From Pasteurella multocida (lineage in GTDB: Bacteria > Pseudomonadota > Gammaproteobacteria > Enterobacterales > Pasteurellaceae): a stretch of DNA of 32,000 nt. The position numbers and the translations under genes are program-made. Under the pieces are notes generated by a model. It did no database searches. It worked only from the letters and a program-made list of their open reading frames with translations, and was not told the origin of the DNA. Of this stretch, positions 1 through 12,410 are shown piece by piece (position 1 is the stretch's first letter; every line of letters starts with the position of its first letter). The stretch is taken from positions 2,220,001 through 2,252,000 of the forward strand of contig NZ_LT906458.1 of NCBI RefSeq assembly GCF_900187275.1. The letters run 5' to 3'.

Positions 1-2555
1 CCCGGTACATAGATGGTTTTCACAATGTTTAAACCTTCTAAGTGTTTGGCTACATTGCTATCTGCTAATGCGACTTGCTTGATATCGTCTTCTGACATTT
101 CTGCAGGGACGGTCACTTTGGCACGCACTTTACCATTCACTTGTACCACAACCAATTTTTCATCGTCAACCATCGCTGCTGCATCGGCTTCTACCCAAGG
201 GGCAAAGTCAATCGCTTCTGTATTACCTAAGTCTTTCCATAATTGGAAACAAATATGTGGTGTGATTGGGTAAAGCATACGTACGACGGCACTTAATGCT
301 TCTGCCATAATCGCGCGATCTTGTACTTCCACTAATGGCGCTTTAGTTAATTTATTCATTAATTCCATAATCGCGGCAATGGCAGTATTGAAGGTTTGAC
401 GACGACCGATATCATCACTCACTTTAGCAATCGTTTTGTGTACATCACGACGTAAAGCTTTTTGTGCGCTTGAAAGTGCGGTCGGTTCTACGGCAGTTTC
501 TGCGGGATGTTTGTTATATTCAAACACGAGATTCCATAAACGTCCTAAGAAACGTTTTGCCCCTTCGACGCCTGATTCTTGCCATTCAAGGGTCATTTCT
601 GCTGGTGACGCGAACATCATGAATAAACGCACGGTATCCGCACCGTATTTTTCCACCATTTCTTGTGGGTCAATGCCGTTATTTTTCGATTTTGACATTT
701 TGGTCATGCCAGAATGCACTAATTCACGTTCCTCTTTGTCGTAGGCTTTTAAAATACGCCCTTTTTCATCACGTTCAAGGGTCACTTCCGTTGGGGACAC
801 CCAAATACGCTCATTGGTTGGTGAGGTGTAGTAGAATGCATCGGCTAACACCATGCCTTGGCACAATAATTTGTCTGCGGGCTCATCGCTCGTGACAAAA
901 CCTGCATCACGCAATAATTTGTGGAAGAAACGGAAGTACAACAAGTGCATGGTGGCGTGTTCAATTCCGCCGATATATTGATCCACGGGTAACCAATAGT
1001 TTGCTTCGTCCGCATCTAACATGGCTTCCGCAAATTTTGGTGAGGTATAACGGGCGTAATACCATGAAGACTCCATGAAAGTATCAAAGGTATCCGTTTC
1101 TTTCAGTGCTGGCTGACCGTTGTAAGTGGTTTTTGCCCATTCTGGATCGGCTTTAATTGGACTTTTCACGCCGTCCATCACCACATCTTCTGGTAATTCA
1201 ATTGGCAGATCTTGCAATGGCGCAGGCACCACCTCACCATTTTCTAAGGTAAGCATTGGAATTGGCGCTCCCCAGTAACGTTGACGAGAAACACCCCAGT
1301 CACGTAAGCGGTAATTCACTTGACGTTTTCCTTTGCCAAGCGCTTCTAATTTGTCTGCGATCGCATTAAATGCGGCATCAAAGTCTAGACCATTAAATTC
1401 ACCTGAATTAAACAAAATACCATGCTCACAATAAGGTAATTCATGTTCAAGTAAAGGCTCACCATTAATCGGCTTAATGACATTAAGCAGTGGTAAACCA
1501 TATTTACGAGCGAACTCAGCATCACGTTCATCGTGTCCAGGCACTGCCATTACTGCCCCGGTACCGTAGTGCATTAACACAAAGTTAGCCACCCAGACCG
1601 GCACTTTTTCCCCTGTTAATGGATGAATGGCATACACACCAGTCGCCATGCCTTTTTTCTCCATTGTGGCAAGCTCAGCTTCAGCCACTTTGGTATTTTT
1701 GCATTCTTGAATAAATTGGGCTAATTCAGGATTATTTTCTGCCGCTTTTTCTGCTAAAGGATGTGCAGCGGCCACGGCCACATAAGAGACGCCAAAGAAG
1801 GTATCTGGACGTGTCGTATAAACGGTTAAATTGTCTTCTGAATTGGCTAACTGGAAGGTGATTTCCACCCCTTCAGAACGCCCGATCCAGTTACGTTGCA
1901 TGGTTTTTACTTGATCTGGCCATGATGGAAGGTGATCTAACCCGCCTAATAATTGTTCGGCATAATCTGTGATTTTGATAAACCATTGTGGAATTTCTTT
2001 TTGTTCTACTGGGGTATCACAACGCCAGCAGCAACCTTCATGCACTTGTTCGTTGGCTAAGACAGTTTCATCATTCGGACACCAGTTTACTGTTGAGGTT
2101 TTTTTGTACACTAATCCTTTTTTATATAACTCAGTGAAGAACCATTGTTCCCATTTGTAGTAGTCGGGTTTACAAGTGGTCACTTCACGATCCCAGTCAA
2201 AACCAAAGCCCAAAATTTTGAGCTGATTTTTCATATAATCAATATTCTCGTAGGTCCATTTTGCGGGTGCCGTTTTGTTTTTGATCGCTGCGCCTTCTGC
2301 GGGCAAACCAAAAGCGTCCCAGCCCATCGGTTGTAACACATTTTTGCCGTTCATACGTTGATAACGTGACACCACATCACCAATGGTGTAGTTACGCACA
2401 TGTCCCATGTGCAGACGACCAGAGGGGTAAGGGAACATTGAGAGGCAGTAATATTTCGGTTTATTAGTATCTTTAATCGCTTTAAATGTTTTATTTTCAG
2501 CCCAGTATTGTTGAACTTCCGCTTCAATCAAATCGGGACGGTATTGTTCTTGCAT
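1..2555 (-). CDS. leuS: Leucine--tRNA ligase (3' end beyond window start)
   Basis: Reverse-strand translation from ATG at 2555: [90 protein letters not shown]; class I aaRS HMGH-like motif (HMCH) and LeuRS-typical N-terminus. Not in the ORF track because it runs off the edge. Confidence 0.97.
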   Translation of the reverse strand, partial: MQEQYRPDLIEAEVQQYWAENKTFKAIKDTNKPKYYCLSMFPYPSGRLHMGHVRNYTIGDVVSRYQRMNGKNVLQPMGWDAFGLPAEGAAIKNKTAPAKWTYENIDYMKNQLKILGFGFDWDREVTTCKPDYYKWEQWFFTELYKKGLVYKKTSTVNWCPNDETVLANEQVHEGCCWRCDTPVEQKEIPQWFIKITDYAEQLLGGLDHLPSWPDQVKTMQRNWIGRSEGVEITFQLANSEDNLTVYTTRPDTFFGVSYVAVAAAHPLAEKAAENNPELAQFIQECKNTKVAEAELATMEKKGMATGVYAIHPLTGEKVPVWVANFVLMHYGTGAVMAVPGHDERDAEFARKYGLPLLNVIKPINGEPLLEHELPYCEHGILFNSGEFNGLDFDAAFNAIADKLEALGKGKRQVNYRLRDWGVSRQRYWGAPIPMLTLENGEVVPAPLQDLPIELPEDVVMDGVKSPIKADPEWAKTTYNGQPALKETDTFDTFMESSWYYARYTSPKFAEAMLDADEANYWLPVDQYIGGIEHATMHLLYFRFFHKLLRDAGFVTSDEPADKLLCQGMVLADAFYYTSPTNERIWVSPTEVTLERDEKGRILKAYDKEERELVHSGMTKMSKSKNNGIDPQEMVEKYGADTVRLFMMFASPAEMTLEWQESGVEGAKRFLGRLWNLVFEYNKHPAETAVEPTALSSAQKALRRDVHKTIAKVSDDIGRRQTFNTAIAAIMELMNKLTKAPLVEVQDRAIMAEALSAVVRMLYPITPHICFQLWKDLGNTEAIDFAPWVEADAAAMVDDEKLVVVQVNGKVRAKVTVPAEMSEDDIKQVALADSNVAKHLEGLNIVKTIYVP

Positions 2556-2770
2556 AATGTTACCTTTGATTTTAACCGCACTTTGCGGGACGAATTTACT
2601 TAAGAAAATGTGATATAGGATAGCGTAAAATTGCGAAAATTGACAGTGAAAAGCATGATAAAGTTAGGGAAAAGTCGCTTATTTTATTGGAAATAAAGAG
2701 AGTATACTGGTTAACATCACGCCAGTTTGGGGGGAAGTAAACATAACTGTGTACGTTTTGTTTCCTCATA

Positions 2771-2798
2771 AAAATCCACCTAAAGTGCGGTGGATTTT
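2771..2798 (-). terminator. Rho-independent terminator downstream of the MerP-like gene, with an uptake signal core overlapping the loop and 3' arm
   Basis: AAAATCCACC / GGTGGATTTT perfect 10-bp arms, T-run on the minus-strand side; contains AAGTGCGGT at 2783-2791. Confidence 0.75.
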
Positions 2799-2809
2799 TA
2801 TGTGGTTTT

Positions 2810-3118
2810 TTAAGGATGTTGATTGAGAATTTCTGGGGTGTATTTCAGCTTATGAATGGCGTCAATAAAGTGCTGATTATCCACAGACTGTTTTGCCACA
2901 ATATTGACTACGCGATCTTTAAAATTGGCTTTAGTGGACATCACGCCTTCAATCTCTCGTAATTCTTTATTGACTAAATACACACAAAGCTGGCAAGTCA
3001 TCTCTTTAATCTGAATGGAAACCTGTTTCTCGTCTGGATTCAGGCTCGGTGTTGCGGCATAACTCAAATTAAATAGTGAGAATAGAAATAAAAATAGACC
3101 GAGAATGTTTTTCATCAC
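2810..3118 (-). CDS. Secreted heavy-metal-associated (MerP-like) domain protein
   Basis: Signal peptide (MMKNILGLFLFLFSLFNLSYAA) and KEMTCQLCVYLVNKELREIEGV, a MxCxxC-type HMA motif. Confidence 0.75.
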   Translation of the reverse strand: MMKNILGLFLFLFSLFNLSYAATPSLNPDEKQVSIQIKEMTCQLCVYLVNKELREIEGVMSTKANFKDRVVNIVAKQSVDNQHFIDAIHKLKYTPEILNQHP

Positions 3119-3124
3119 AGTTCC

Positions 3125-3478
3125 TTATGCTAAAAAGTAAGGCAACAACGTGGGATAAAATAAGAAAAACAGCATGAGTACAAACATAACGCTGTATAAC
3201 CCAATCAAGCCTTTACGTGAGAAGTATTTAGTGCAGAGCATTTTCTTGGAAAAGGTGAGCAACCAGAAACCATAGCCAAACGAGATCAAGGCGATGATTA
3301 ACATCGGTAAGCGTAAATATTCCAGCTCATTGAGGCTCACTAACCAAGAAGATGACACACCAAACACCAGATACACCAATGGTGCAATGCAGCAGAGTGT
3401 CGAGGTCACGGCAGCAATCACTGCCGTGACGCCACTGGCAATCAAGCTTTTACTGGCGTTGTTGTGCTTTGAATTCAT
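3125..3478 (-). CDS. MerT-like mercuric/metal transport membrane protein
   Basis: Hydrophobic protein with vicinal Cys pair in [20 protein letters not shown]; adjacent to the MerP-like gene; likely start ATG at 3478 ([11 protein letters not shown]). Confidence 0.7.
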   Translation of the reverse strand: MNSKHNNASKSLIASGVTAVIAAVTSTLCCIAPLVYLVFGVSSSWLVSLNELEYLRLPMLIIALISFGYGFWLLTFSKKMLCTKYFSRKGLIGLYSVMFVLMLFFLFYPTLLPYFLA

Positions 3479-4556
3479 AGCCGAATGCTTTTGGATCAAA
3501 AGAGTTTAATGGATCACCGCCCACTTCTGCATACGGATAACCAAAGTTATTCAGAGGCGCGATTTCTGGCATTGGATACAGATCAAAATCACGTGCGTGA
3601 TTATAAGCAATCCAATTCATTTCCCAGTTACCAAATAAGTAATTTGATACTGCTTGCGTATCGGGATCATTAACGGCTTTGTTTTCGGCTAAACGCATCT
3701 TGGTCACATCAGCAGAATCCACAGGTACCCAACCAAAGCCGGCTAAATAAAATTCTGCACGGCAATGTTGTCCGCCACTGACATTCGCCAGTTTGTTTTC
3801 ATCAGCACTACCAAAAGCCCCTTTAGAATATTTGCCCATTTTCACCGCTTGTCCTAAGCGTACACCAAAAATCTCACGGGCAGGAATACCTGACGCACGT
3901 GCCAAGGCGACAAAGACGGAGTTAATGTCGGTACATTTTCCTTTTAACACGCCGGTTGTTAAGATTTTTTCCACATCCCCGTCACCACAACCTAGAACAG
4001 AATTATCCCGTTCCATATTGTTAACGATCCATTGGTGGATACGTTCTGCTTTTTTCAGTGGATTACTTTCTTGACCTACGATTTTATCGGCATAGTCTTT
4101 TACGATACCGTCTGTTTTGATGTGGGCAGTAGGTTTTAAGTATTCCAATACATCAACGGAATAGTGAATTTTTTCAGGTGGTTGATAGCCTTGTAATACC
4201 CCTTGTTGCATCGGTTCACGATCTTGGGTTTCCAGCACTAATTTGATGGTTAAAGCACGTTTGTTGGCATTTTCATCCCAATTGGCAAACAAGGTTTTTG
4301 CACCATAACGGTTATTTTCCGTGATATAGGCGGTGTTGTAGTTGCCTTCAAATTGGATGGATTTAACGGTTTGGTAATCTGCATTAAAAGGTAAGGGTAC
4401 CCATAAATTGGTTTCACCGTGCGATCCTTTCGGCACAACCAAATCAAAGGATTTAGTCAGTTCGTAAGTATGGGTTTCAGTCAAAGTATTTGGGATTGTT
4501 GTTGCGAAGGCAACGGTAGAGTAGCCCACAATGAGTGCGATAAGTCGTTTTTTCAT
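3450..4556 (-). CDS. Transglutaminase-like domain protein, exported
   Basis: Signal peptide [20 protein letters not shown]; [34 protein letters not shown] ... [24 protein letters not shown] matches the Cys/His/Asp transglutaminase-like core. ATG at 4556. Confidence 0.85.
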   Translation of the reverse strand: MKKRLIALIVGYSTVAFATTIPNTLTETHTYELTKSFDLVVPKGSHGETNLWVPLPFNADYQTVKSIQFEGNYNTAYITENNRYGAKTLFANWDENANKRALTIKLVLETQDREPMQQGVLQGYQPPEKIHYSVDVLEYLKPTAHIKTDGIVKDYADKIVGQESNPLKKAERIHQWIVNNMERDNSVLGCGDGDVEKILTTGVLKGKCTDINSVFVALARASGIPAREIFGVRLGQAVKMGKYSKGAFGSADENKLANVSGGQHCRAEFYLAGFGWVPVDSADVTKMRLAENKAVNDPDTQAVSNYLFGNWEMNWIAYNHARDFDLYPMPEIAPLNNFGYPYAEVGGDPLNSFDPKAFGYEFKAQQRQ

Positions 4557-4676
4557 GGAATTGTCCTGTGTAGATAGATAAACATAACATGTTATATGCA
4601 TCTTGCTTATTCAGTTTTAACAATGAATAAACGTGGCACAGGTTACCTGAAAACGAATAGGAAATAAACAGATTAA

Positions 4677-5504
4677 TTAAAAATCGCGATAATTTTTTAC
4701 CGCACGTTGGCTAAAGTATTGTTTGTCTTCCCAACGTAACATAGTCATGTGATTACCCCAGACACAACCTGTATCCAACGCATAGATATTGTTTGGAGTT
4801 GTCGTATTGACTAGACTTGCCCAATGTCCAAACACAATGGGGATTGTTTGATAAAGTGGGTTGGCTAAATTAAACCAAGGCGTGAGCTCTTCTGGGGCGG
4901 ATTCTGGTGGCAGCTTACAGTCGAAATCTAAGCGGTGATCCCAATAGCAAAAACGCATACGGGTAAAGACATTAATGCTATACCGTAAACGATCTAAAAC
5001 TTGTAAATCATCATGCCAACGATCAGGGCGATTGTCATACATATTTTCAATTAAATTGTGGTAATCACCATGACGTAGCACGTTTTCCACTTCGTGCGCA
5101 CATTGTTTCGCCGTGGCAAGATCCCAATCCGGCGAAATGCCGGCATGGGTCATTAAAAAGTTCTGTTGCTCATTGTGTACAAGTAAAGGTTGATGACGTA
5201 GCCAATCAATTAATTCTTCAAAATCAGGAGCATGAAAAATGGCATCCACTCGATCTCTCACTTTCACTTTTTTAATACCCAGTGCAGTGGAAATCAAGTG
5301 TAAATCATGGTTGCCTAACACCGTTTTGGCAGATTTACCCAGAGATTTGACAAAGCGCAAGCATTCGAGAGATTTATCCCCGCGTGCCACTAAATCCCCA
5401 ACCAAATAAAGTTGATCTTGTGTTGAATCGAACTGCACTTTTTCCAGTAAACGTTGCAATTCATCGTAACAACCCTGTAAATCGCCTACTAAATATGTTG
5501 CCAT
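4677..5504 (-). CDS. apaH: Bis(5'-nucleosyl)-tetraphosphatase, symmetrical
   Basis: [39 protein letters not shown] phosphoesterase motifs. Confidence 0.95.
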   Translation of the reverse strand: MATYLVGDLQGCYDELQRLLEKVQFDSTQDQLYLVGDLVARGDKSLECLRFVKSLGKSAKTVLGNHDLHLISTALGIKKVKVRDRVDAIFHAPDFEELIDWLRHQPLLVHNEQQNFLMTHAGISPDWDLATAKQCAHEVENVLRHGDYHNLIENMYDNRPDRWHDDLQVLDRLRYSINVFTRMRFCYWDHRLDFDCKLPPESAPEELTPWFNLANPLYQTIPIVFGHWASLVNTTTPNNIYALDTGCVWGNHMTMLRWEDKQYFSQRAVKNYRDF

Positions 5505-5525
5505 TTTTACACCGCACTTATGCCA

Positions 5526-6392
5526 TTAATCGTCTAGATGTTCAATCATTTCGTCTTTGTTAACATCGGCTGGTGGATTGTCTGTTAACCAGTTAGCTAA
5601 GCGTGCATAATCAGCGATCGATAAGTTTTCCGCGCGTGCGGTGAGATCGATACCCAATTCCGTTAATTGATCCGCACTAAATAAAGTTGATAACGCATTG
5701 CGTAAAGTTTTACGGCGTTGATTAAAAGCTTGGCTACATACGCGGTTTAACCAATATAAGTCTTTCACGGGATGCGGTAATACTTTGTGTGGTACTAAGC
5801 GTACAACAGCAGAATCCACTTTCGGCGCGGGTTTAAATGCCGTCGGCGGTACTTCAAGTACCGGCATCACTTGGCAGAAATATTGCGCCATAATGGTTAA
5901 GCGCCCATAAGCTTTGCTGTTTGGACCTGCACATAAACGTTTTACCACTTCTTTTTGCAACATAAAGTGCATGTCCTGAATGCAATCGTGATATTTAAAT
6001 AAGTGGAACATTAATGGGGTCGAAATGTTGTAAGGTAAGTTACCAAACACTCGCATTTTTTGCTTTTTTTCTGCTAAATTTGCATCACGATAAAGCTGTC
6101 CAAAATCAAACTGCATCGCATCTGTTTCAATCACGGTGATTTTATGGTGCAAGAACGGGTGGTGGCGTAAACGCTCAGCTAAATCACGGTCTAATTCCAC
6201 CACGGTTAAATGATCGACCAATTCGCCCACAGGCTCAGTTAATGCCCCTAAACCGGGACCGATCTCCACTAAAAATTGATCTTTTTGGGGATAAATCGCG
6301 GAAACAATGCCATGAATGACATTATTATCATGTAAAAAGTTTTGTCCGAAACGTTTACGGGCGGTATGACCTAAATGTTTTTTTGAATTCAT
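5526..6392 (-). CDS. rsmA: 16S rRNA (adenine(1518)-N(6)/adenine(1519)-N(6))-dimethyltransferase
   Basis: [40 protein letters not shown] motifs; likely start ATG 6392. Confidence 0.95.
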   Translation of the reverse strand: MNSKKHLGHTARKRFGQNFLHDNNVIHGIVSAIYPQKDQFLVEIGPGLGALTEPVGELVDHLTVVELDRDLAERLRHHPFLHHKITVIETDAMQFDFGQLYRDANLAEKKQKMRVFGNLPYNISTPLMFHLFKYHDCIQDMHFMLQKEVVKRLCAGPNSKAYGRLTIMAQYFCQVMPVLEVPPTAFKPAPKVDSAVVRLVPHKVLPHPVKDLYWLNRVCSQAFNQRRKTLRNALSTLFSADQLTELGIDLTARAENLSIADYARLANWLTDNPPADVNKDEMIEHLDD

Positions 6393-6494
6393 ATTTTCTC
6401 GATTAATGGTTCGCACAATGCGATATCAAAAGTGCGGTCTATTATAAAGCAAAATCCCAGCATTTGGGCTGGGATTTTAAGTTTTATTGATTTG

Positions 6495-7430
6495 CTATTT
6501 TAGATAACGAATTTCTGCGTTTTTACGTAATGCCTTGACCCAATCTTTTTCCACATCTTTAACTTGTTGATTTACTAACTGTTCATAGGCTTTTTGGCGA
6601 TAGACATCAATCGTTTTATCCCCTTCACGAGTGTTGGTCACTTCTAAAATATGCCAACCAAATTCGGTTTTAAATGGGGCAGAAATCACACCTTTTTTCG
6701 TTGTCAGAATCGCTTTTTGGAATGCGCCCACATAGGCCTCAGGGAAGGCAAAGCCTAGGCTACCGCCATTGGCACCAGAAAGGTAATCTTTCGAATAGTG
6801 TAACGCCGCATCGGCAAAGCTCATTTTACCCGCAATAATATCGGCACGAATTTGGGTTAATTGTGCTTTTGCTTGTGCATCATTTAATAACGGGTTTAAT
6901 TTTAACAGAATATGTCTTACTTCATATTGTGGGGCAGAAATTTTCTTTTCTGTTCCTGCTTGTTTTGCTTGATTTAGCAGTTGTTTACTCAAGGCTTCAA
7001 CTTGCTCTCGAGTCACATCAATACTTTGTCCAATCGCTTGGTTACGGATTTCTCCCATTAAGATTTGATTAGCAATTTGTTGACGATAAGCATTGTAGCT
7101 AATGCCTTGATAATCTAAGGCATCCAATAATTGTCCATAAGTCAAGCCATTTTGTGCAGCAATGCCTTCAATGATTTGATCGACTTGTGCATAATTGACT
7201 TTAATGCCTGAATTTTGAATGGCTTGTTGCACTAAAATATCATCAATCACTTTATCCAAAGCAACTTGATATTGACCTTTTTTCCCCATATTTTTTTTGA
7301 CTTGGCTTTCTAACACTGGCACACCATTAACGGTGGCAACAACGCGTTCTGCGGCCTGCGCAGTAGAAACATAGATAAAAAGCCCTAGTATTGCCCAGAA
7401 AATAGATTTTACATTAATCATTTTCATCAT
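6495..7430 (-). CDS. surA: Periplasmic peptidylprolyl isomerase, SurA family
   Basis: Signal peptide, SurA N-domain, parvulin domain (YEVRHILLKLNPLLND...GGSLGFAFPEAYVGAF...TEFGWHILEV); sits upstream of rsmA-apaH as in enterobacterial surA-pdxA-rsmA-apaGH. Confidence 0.85.
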   Translation of the reverse strand: MMKMINVKSIFWAILGLFIYVSTAQAAERVVATVNGVPVLESQVKKNMGKKGQYQVALDKVIDDILVQQAIQNSGIKVNYAQVDQIIEGIAAQNGLTYGQLLDALDYQGISYNAYRQQIANQILMGEIRNQAIGQSIDVTREQVEALSKQLLNQAKQAGTEKKISAPQYEVRHILLKLNPLLNDAQAKAQLTQIRADIIAGKMSFADAALHYSKDYLSGANGGSLGFAFPEAYVGAFQKAILTTKKGVISAPFKTEFGWHILEVTNTREGDKTIDVYRQKAYEQLVNQQVKDVEKDWVKALRKNAEIRYLK

Positions 7431-7497
7431 CTATTCCATTATGTTGGTTAAAAATTACATTTGTTAGAGTATCAATTTTACAAAAGGTTCACAAACT

Positions 7498-8043
7498 TTA
7501 TTTTGTCGGCGAAAGTAGTGCAACTTCATAACAATTGTCGAACTTCAGGGTGCGCACTTGCACTTCTTCACTGCGACTGGTTGGAACGTTTTTACCGACA
7601 TAATCCGCGCGAATTGGCAGTTCACGGTGCCCTCTGTCCACAAAAATAACAAGCTCAATTTTTGCGGCACGACCGAAATCCACTAATGCATCGAGTGCTG
7701 CACGAATGGTTCTGCCGGTATAAAGTACGTCATCGACTAAAATCACTTCTTTATTGTGGATACTAATAAAACTGGAGGCACCGCTATAGGTAGGCGATTT
7801 GGAGTCAGGTTCAGCATATTCTAAATCATCACGGTAAAAGGTGATATCCAGATCAATTGAGGGTAACTCAACGTTTGCGAGGTCAGCAATTTTTTTCTTA
7901 ATTAACTCCGCAATTTCCGCACCACGTCGTTTAATGCCTACAATGACAATATTGTCTAAACGTTGGTGTTTTTCGATAATCTCGTGTGAAATACGGGAAA
8001 TGGTGCGGAGAAATTGGTTTTCATCAATAATGATTTTTTCCAT
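7498..8043 (-). CDS. pyrR: Bifunctional pyr operon regulator / uracil phosphoribosyltransferase
   Basis: PRPP-binding motif VILVDDVLYTGRTIRAALDAL and IVGIKRRGAEIA; PyrR-like length of 181 aa. Confidence 0.93.
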   Translation of the reverse strand: MEKIIIDENQFLRTISRISHEIIEKHQRLDNIVIVGIKRRGAEIAELIKKKIADLANVELPSIDLDITFYRDDLEYAEPDSKSPTYSGASSFISIHNKEVILVDDVLYTGRTIRAALDALVDFGRAAKIELVIFVDRGHRELPIRADYVGKNVPTSRSEEVQVRTLKFDNCYEVALLSPTK

Positions 8044-8148
8044 AATATTGACCTACATATAGTGAAGAAATGTTGGCGTTAAAATAGCATAAAAGCCAAT
8101 AATCTCCTAGAGTGAAATCAGATACGGGAAACAACCTCATAAAAAATA

Positions 8149-8184
8149 AACCGCACTTTCGGTAGGCGAAGAAAAAGTGCGGTG
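8149..8184 (-). terminator. Terminator at the end of the his operon built from an inverted pair of uptake signals
   Basis: ACCGCACTT (8150-8158) and AAGTGCGGT (8175-8183) in inverted orientation; lies between hisIE and pyrR. Confidence 0.7.
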
Positions 8185-8191
8185 CTTTTTG

Positions 8192-8797
8192 TTATTTTAT
8201 GTGACGTTCTTTTAATTTATGAATCACATCTGACCAGCTTAAATCGGCATCTTGCAACAAGACTGTTAAATGATAAACGAGATCCGCAGCCTCACAAATG
8301 GTTTCTGCTTTGTCTTTCACAGTTGCGGCAAGAGCGGTTTCCACCCCTTCTTCACCGACTTTTTGTGCAATGCGTTTAGTACCTTTAGCATACAGTTGTG
8401 CGGTATAAGAACTTGCAGGATCGGCACCTTTACGACTGGCAATTAAACGTTCTAATTTGCTCAAAAAAATCCAATCCGGCGGTGTTGTCTTTTCAAACTG
8501 ATAAAAACAGCTTTCCGCCCCAGTATGACAGGTTTCACCAATCGGATTGACTAGAATCAGTAGGGTATCGTTATCACAATCTAAACTCATATCCACTACG
8601 TTTAAAAAATGTCCAGAAGTTTCACCTTTTGTCCATAAACGGTTTTTGGTACGTGAAAAAAAGGTCACTCGTTTTTCCGCCAGCGTTTTTTCTAATGCCT
8701 CTTGATTCATATAACCGAGCATTAACACTTCACAAGTCGCCACGTTTTGGATAATGACGGGCAACAAATTATCGACTTTTTGCCAGTTGATCTTCAT
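8192..8797 (-). CDS. hisIE: Bifunctional phosphoribosyl-AMP cyclohydrolase / phosphoribosyl-ATP pyrophosphatase
   Basis: [44 protein letters not shown] (HisI) and C-terminal [18 protein letters not shown] (HisE). Confidence 0.96.
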   Translation of the reverse strand: MKINWQKVDNLLPVIIQNVATCEVLMLGYMNQEALEKTLAEKRVTFFSRTKNRLWTKGETSGHFLNVVDMSLDCDNDTLLILVNPIGETCHTGAESCFYQFEKTTPPDWIFLSKLERLIASRKGADPASSYTAQLYAKGTKRIAQKVGEEGVETALAATVKDKAETICEAADLVYHLTVLLQDADLSWSDVIHKLKERHIK

Positions 8798-8809
8798 AGA
8801 TACCTCAAA

Positions 8810-9187
8810 TTAATTTCGTAGTTCTAAGTTACGTTTAACTCTCATTATTTGTTGTATAAACGCATCATTCAACCTTTCTTTAGTTAATTGATTTTTAGGG
8901 GTGCTTGCCCATCGATAGATTTGTTCTATACTCCCGTAGCCTCTACCAAATATTTTGGCGAATTTAAGACAATTTTTTTTCGTTGCAGGTAAAGAAAGGA
9001 TCAGTTCTAATTGATGATCATTCCATGGCTGACCTTTATTAACTGGAGTTCTGTCCGTTTTATCTTTTTCTATCTCATACTCTGTTAGTATTTTTTTGAT
9101 AAAATGAATTTTTTCATCATAATTTAAGTTATCAATATTATTACTAAGTAATTCTATAAAACTATTTTTGAATTCAGACTTTTTCAT
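8810..9187 (-). CDS. Hypothetical 125-aa protein, putative Myb/SANT-like or HTH DNA-binding
   Basis: Intact ORF with AAGG-type RBS before ATG 9187; PWNDHQLELILSLPATKKNCLKFAKIFGRGYGSIEQIYRWA. AT-rich compared with flanking his genes. Sits between hisF and hisIE. Confidence 0.75.
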   Translation of the reverse strand: MKKSEFKNSFIELLSNNIDNLNYDEKIHFIKKILTEYEIEKDKTDRTPVNKGQPWNDHQLELILSLPATKKNCLKFAKIFGRGYGSIEQIYRWASTPKNQLTKERLNDAFIQQIMRVKRNLELRN

Positions 9188-9220
9188 GAATTTACCTTAT
9201 TAATTTAGTTTAAATATTTT

Positions 9221-10767
<1,547 letters not shown>

Positions 10768-11358
10768 TTATTTAATGTTTTCCACAAAATTACGCAAAAA
10801 TAACGCGCCTGCTTTGCCTGAACGCTCAGGGTGGAATTGTGCACCATAAAAATTGTTATGTTGGATTACTGCAGAAAATGGCACGCCATAGTCGCAGGTG
10901 GCGACAGTGTGTGGATTGGGCAACACGCCGTAGCTGTGCACAAAATAGAAATAGCTGTCTTGCTCAATGCCTGCAAATAACGGGTGATCGGCGACATAAT
11001 GCACCTTATTCCAGCCCATATGCGGTAATGGCAACTGACAATCCGGTAATTTTTCGGTTTTGCCTGACATCAGTTTTAATAAGTCCAAATTGCCTTCTTC
11101 GGAATAGTCGGTCATTAATTGCATTCCCAAACAAATCCCCAAAACAGGTTGAGTTAGGCTTTGGATAACCTCAATTAAGCCTAAATCCGCCAAATTTTGC
11201 ATCGCTGCTTTTGCCGTTCCCACACCAGGTAAAATCAACTTGTCGGTGGATTGGATTTGTTCGATATTATCGGTAATTTCTGCGCGATACCCTAAGCGGT
11301 CAAAAGCAAATTTGACGGAAGAAAGGTTAGCACAGCGGGTGTTGATGATGGTGATCAT
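10768..11358 (-). CDS. hisH: Imidazole glycerol phosphate synthase subunit HisH
   Basis: Class I glutamine amidotransferase PVLGICLGMQLM and FHPERSG; ATG at 11358. Confidence 0.97.
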   Translation of the reverse strand: MITIINTRCANLSSVKFAFDRLGYRAEITDNIEQIQSTDKLILPGVGTAKAAMQNLADLGLIEVIQSLTQPVLGICLGMQLMTDYSEEGNLDLLKLMSGKTEKLPDCQLPLPHMGWNKVHYVADHPLFAGIEQDSYFYFVHSYGVLPNPHTVATCDYGVPFSAVIQHNNFYGAQFHPERSGKAGALFLRNFVENIK

Positions 11359-12410
11359 TTGGAGTTTTTCTCCTTAAAATAGTCATATTTTAAGATTTTG
11401 AATGCATTATAATTTTTAGCTCTTACTGAAGCTAAGTTATGAGAAAAAGTTTCTTCCCTTTTAGTATTTATTTCTGCCTTTTGTTTTTCATTCAATGAAT
11501 TCCACCATACGGGAGAAAAAAAAGTATTTTCAAAGAATGAGAATACAAATCTAACTAAAGAATCTTCCTTTTTTTTATTTGTTCTTATATTTAAGAAAGA
11601 CTTGATAAAGTTATAGTAGAATTCATTTGCATCATCTTTAACCCACGAGAATATAATATAACCCCTGTTACTAGAGTTTATAATATTAAAAAACATCTGA
11701 TGAATTCTTATGGATGAGTTTTTTAGATCAAAAATTTTCTCATTAGAAAATGAAATGTTTGGAATAAATGTCCCACTAGATAAAATCTGAGCAGGAGAAG
11801 ATAGTTCAATTATAAATGACTCTAGTCTATTGAAATCCTTAGTTTTCCACATTGTATGCATATTAGCTTGAGTATCAATTAATTCATTAAAGCCCAAATT
11901 TGCATAACTCTCAAAAATGGAAATATTTCTTTCCCAGTATTTATATTCTTCAGAGAGTTGTTTAATCAAATTACCTCCATTTAAAATGCATTCTTTTAAT
12001 CCACTATTTTTTTGATAACCTTTGGTATAAATCTCTCTACAAAGTCCTCTATATGAAAATAAAAATATTTGTTCTAGATCAGGGATGATTTCCTCATCTT
12101 CTATCCTAGAAAATAGTAATTTATCATGTTCAGAGCAAAATCCTGTAAATGTTGAAGCGTGATTTACCCCTATTTTCCTAGGCTCCCCAAGACCATTATT
12201 TTCTATTAATTTACAAAGTGATAAATCGTTTCCCATAACTTCATTTTGTTTATCCATAATTGTTGATAAAGAACTACTTTTAGATATAGTATGAGCTTTA
12301 ATAATCTTTCTACTACATTCAATATTTAATAATTCTTTAGCACTGCAATACTTCTTTTGTCTCTTCCGTTTTAGATTTTCTTCAATAGTTCCAAGAATAT
12401 TTTTTTCCAT
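11355..12410 (-). CDS. Uncharacterised 351-368 aa protein with Cys/His motifs (putative zinc-binding, possibly HNH/treble-clef-like)
   Basis: Long intact ORF (track start 12461 is TTG; first ATG at 12410). KKYCSAKELLNIECSRKIIKAHTISKSSSL and ASTFTGFCSEHDKLLFSRIED, then FLFSYRGLCREIY. Stop codon overlaps hisH ATG as ATGA. Strongly AT-rich. Confidence 0.85.
   Translation of the reverse strand: MEKNILGTIEENLKRKRQKKYCSAKELLNIECSRKIIKAHTISKSSSLSTIMDKQNEVMGNDLSLCKLIENNGLGEPRKIGVNHASTFTGFCSEHDKLLFSRIEDEEIIPDLEQIFLFSYRGLCREIYTKGYQKNSGLKECILNGGNLIKQLSEEYKYWERNISIFESYANLGFNELIDTQANMHTMWKTKDFNRLESFIIELSSPAQILSSGTFIPNISFSNEKIFDLKNSSIRIHQMFFNIINSSNRGYIIFSWVKDDANEFYYNFIKSFLNIRTNKKKEDSLVRFVFSFFENTFFSPVWWNSLNEKQKAEINTKREETFSHNLASVRAKNYNAFKILKYDYFKEKNSK

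Noticed and set aside
13-2336. Plus-strand ORFs 13-273, 436-744, 665-895, 1969-2160 and 2145-2336
   Set aside because: All lie antisense within leuS, whose reverse-strand translation is clearly a LeuRS.
3294-4447. ORFs 3294-3509(+), 3485-3673(+), 3793-4074(+) and 4250-4447(-)
   Set aside because: They overlap the MerT-like and transglutaminase-like CDS out of frame, with no recognisable product.
4677-7430. Novelty of the surA-rsmA-apaH cluster lacking pdxA and apaG
   Set aside because: A reduced version of a well-known gammaproteobacterial cluster; ordinary lineage variation.
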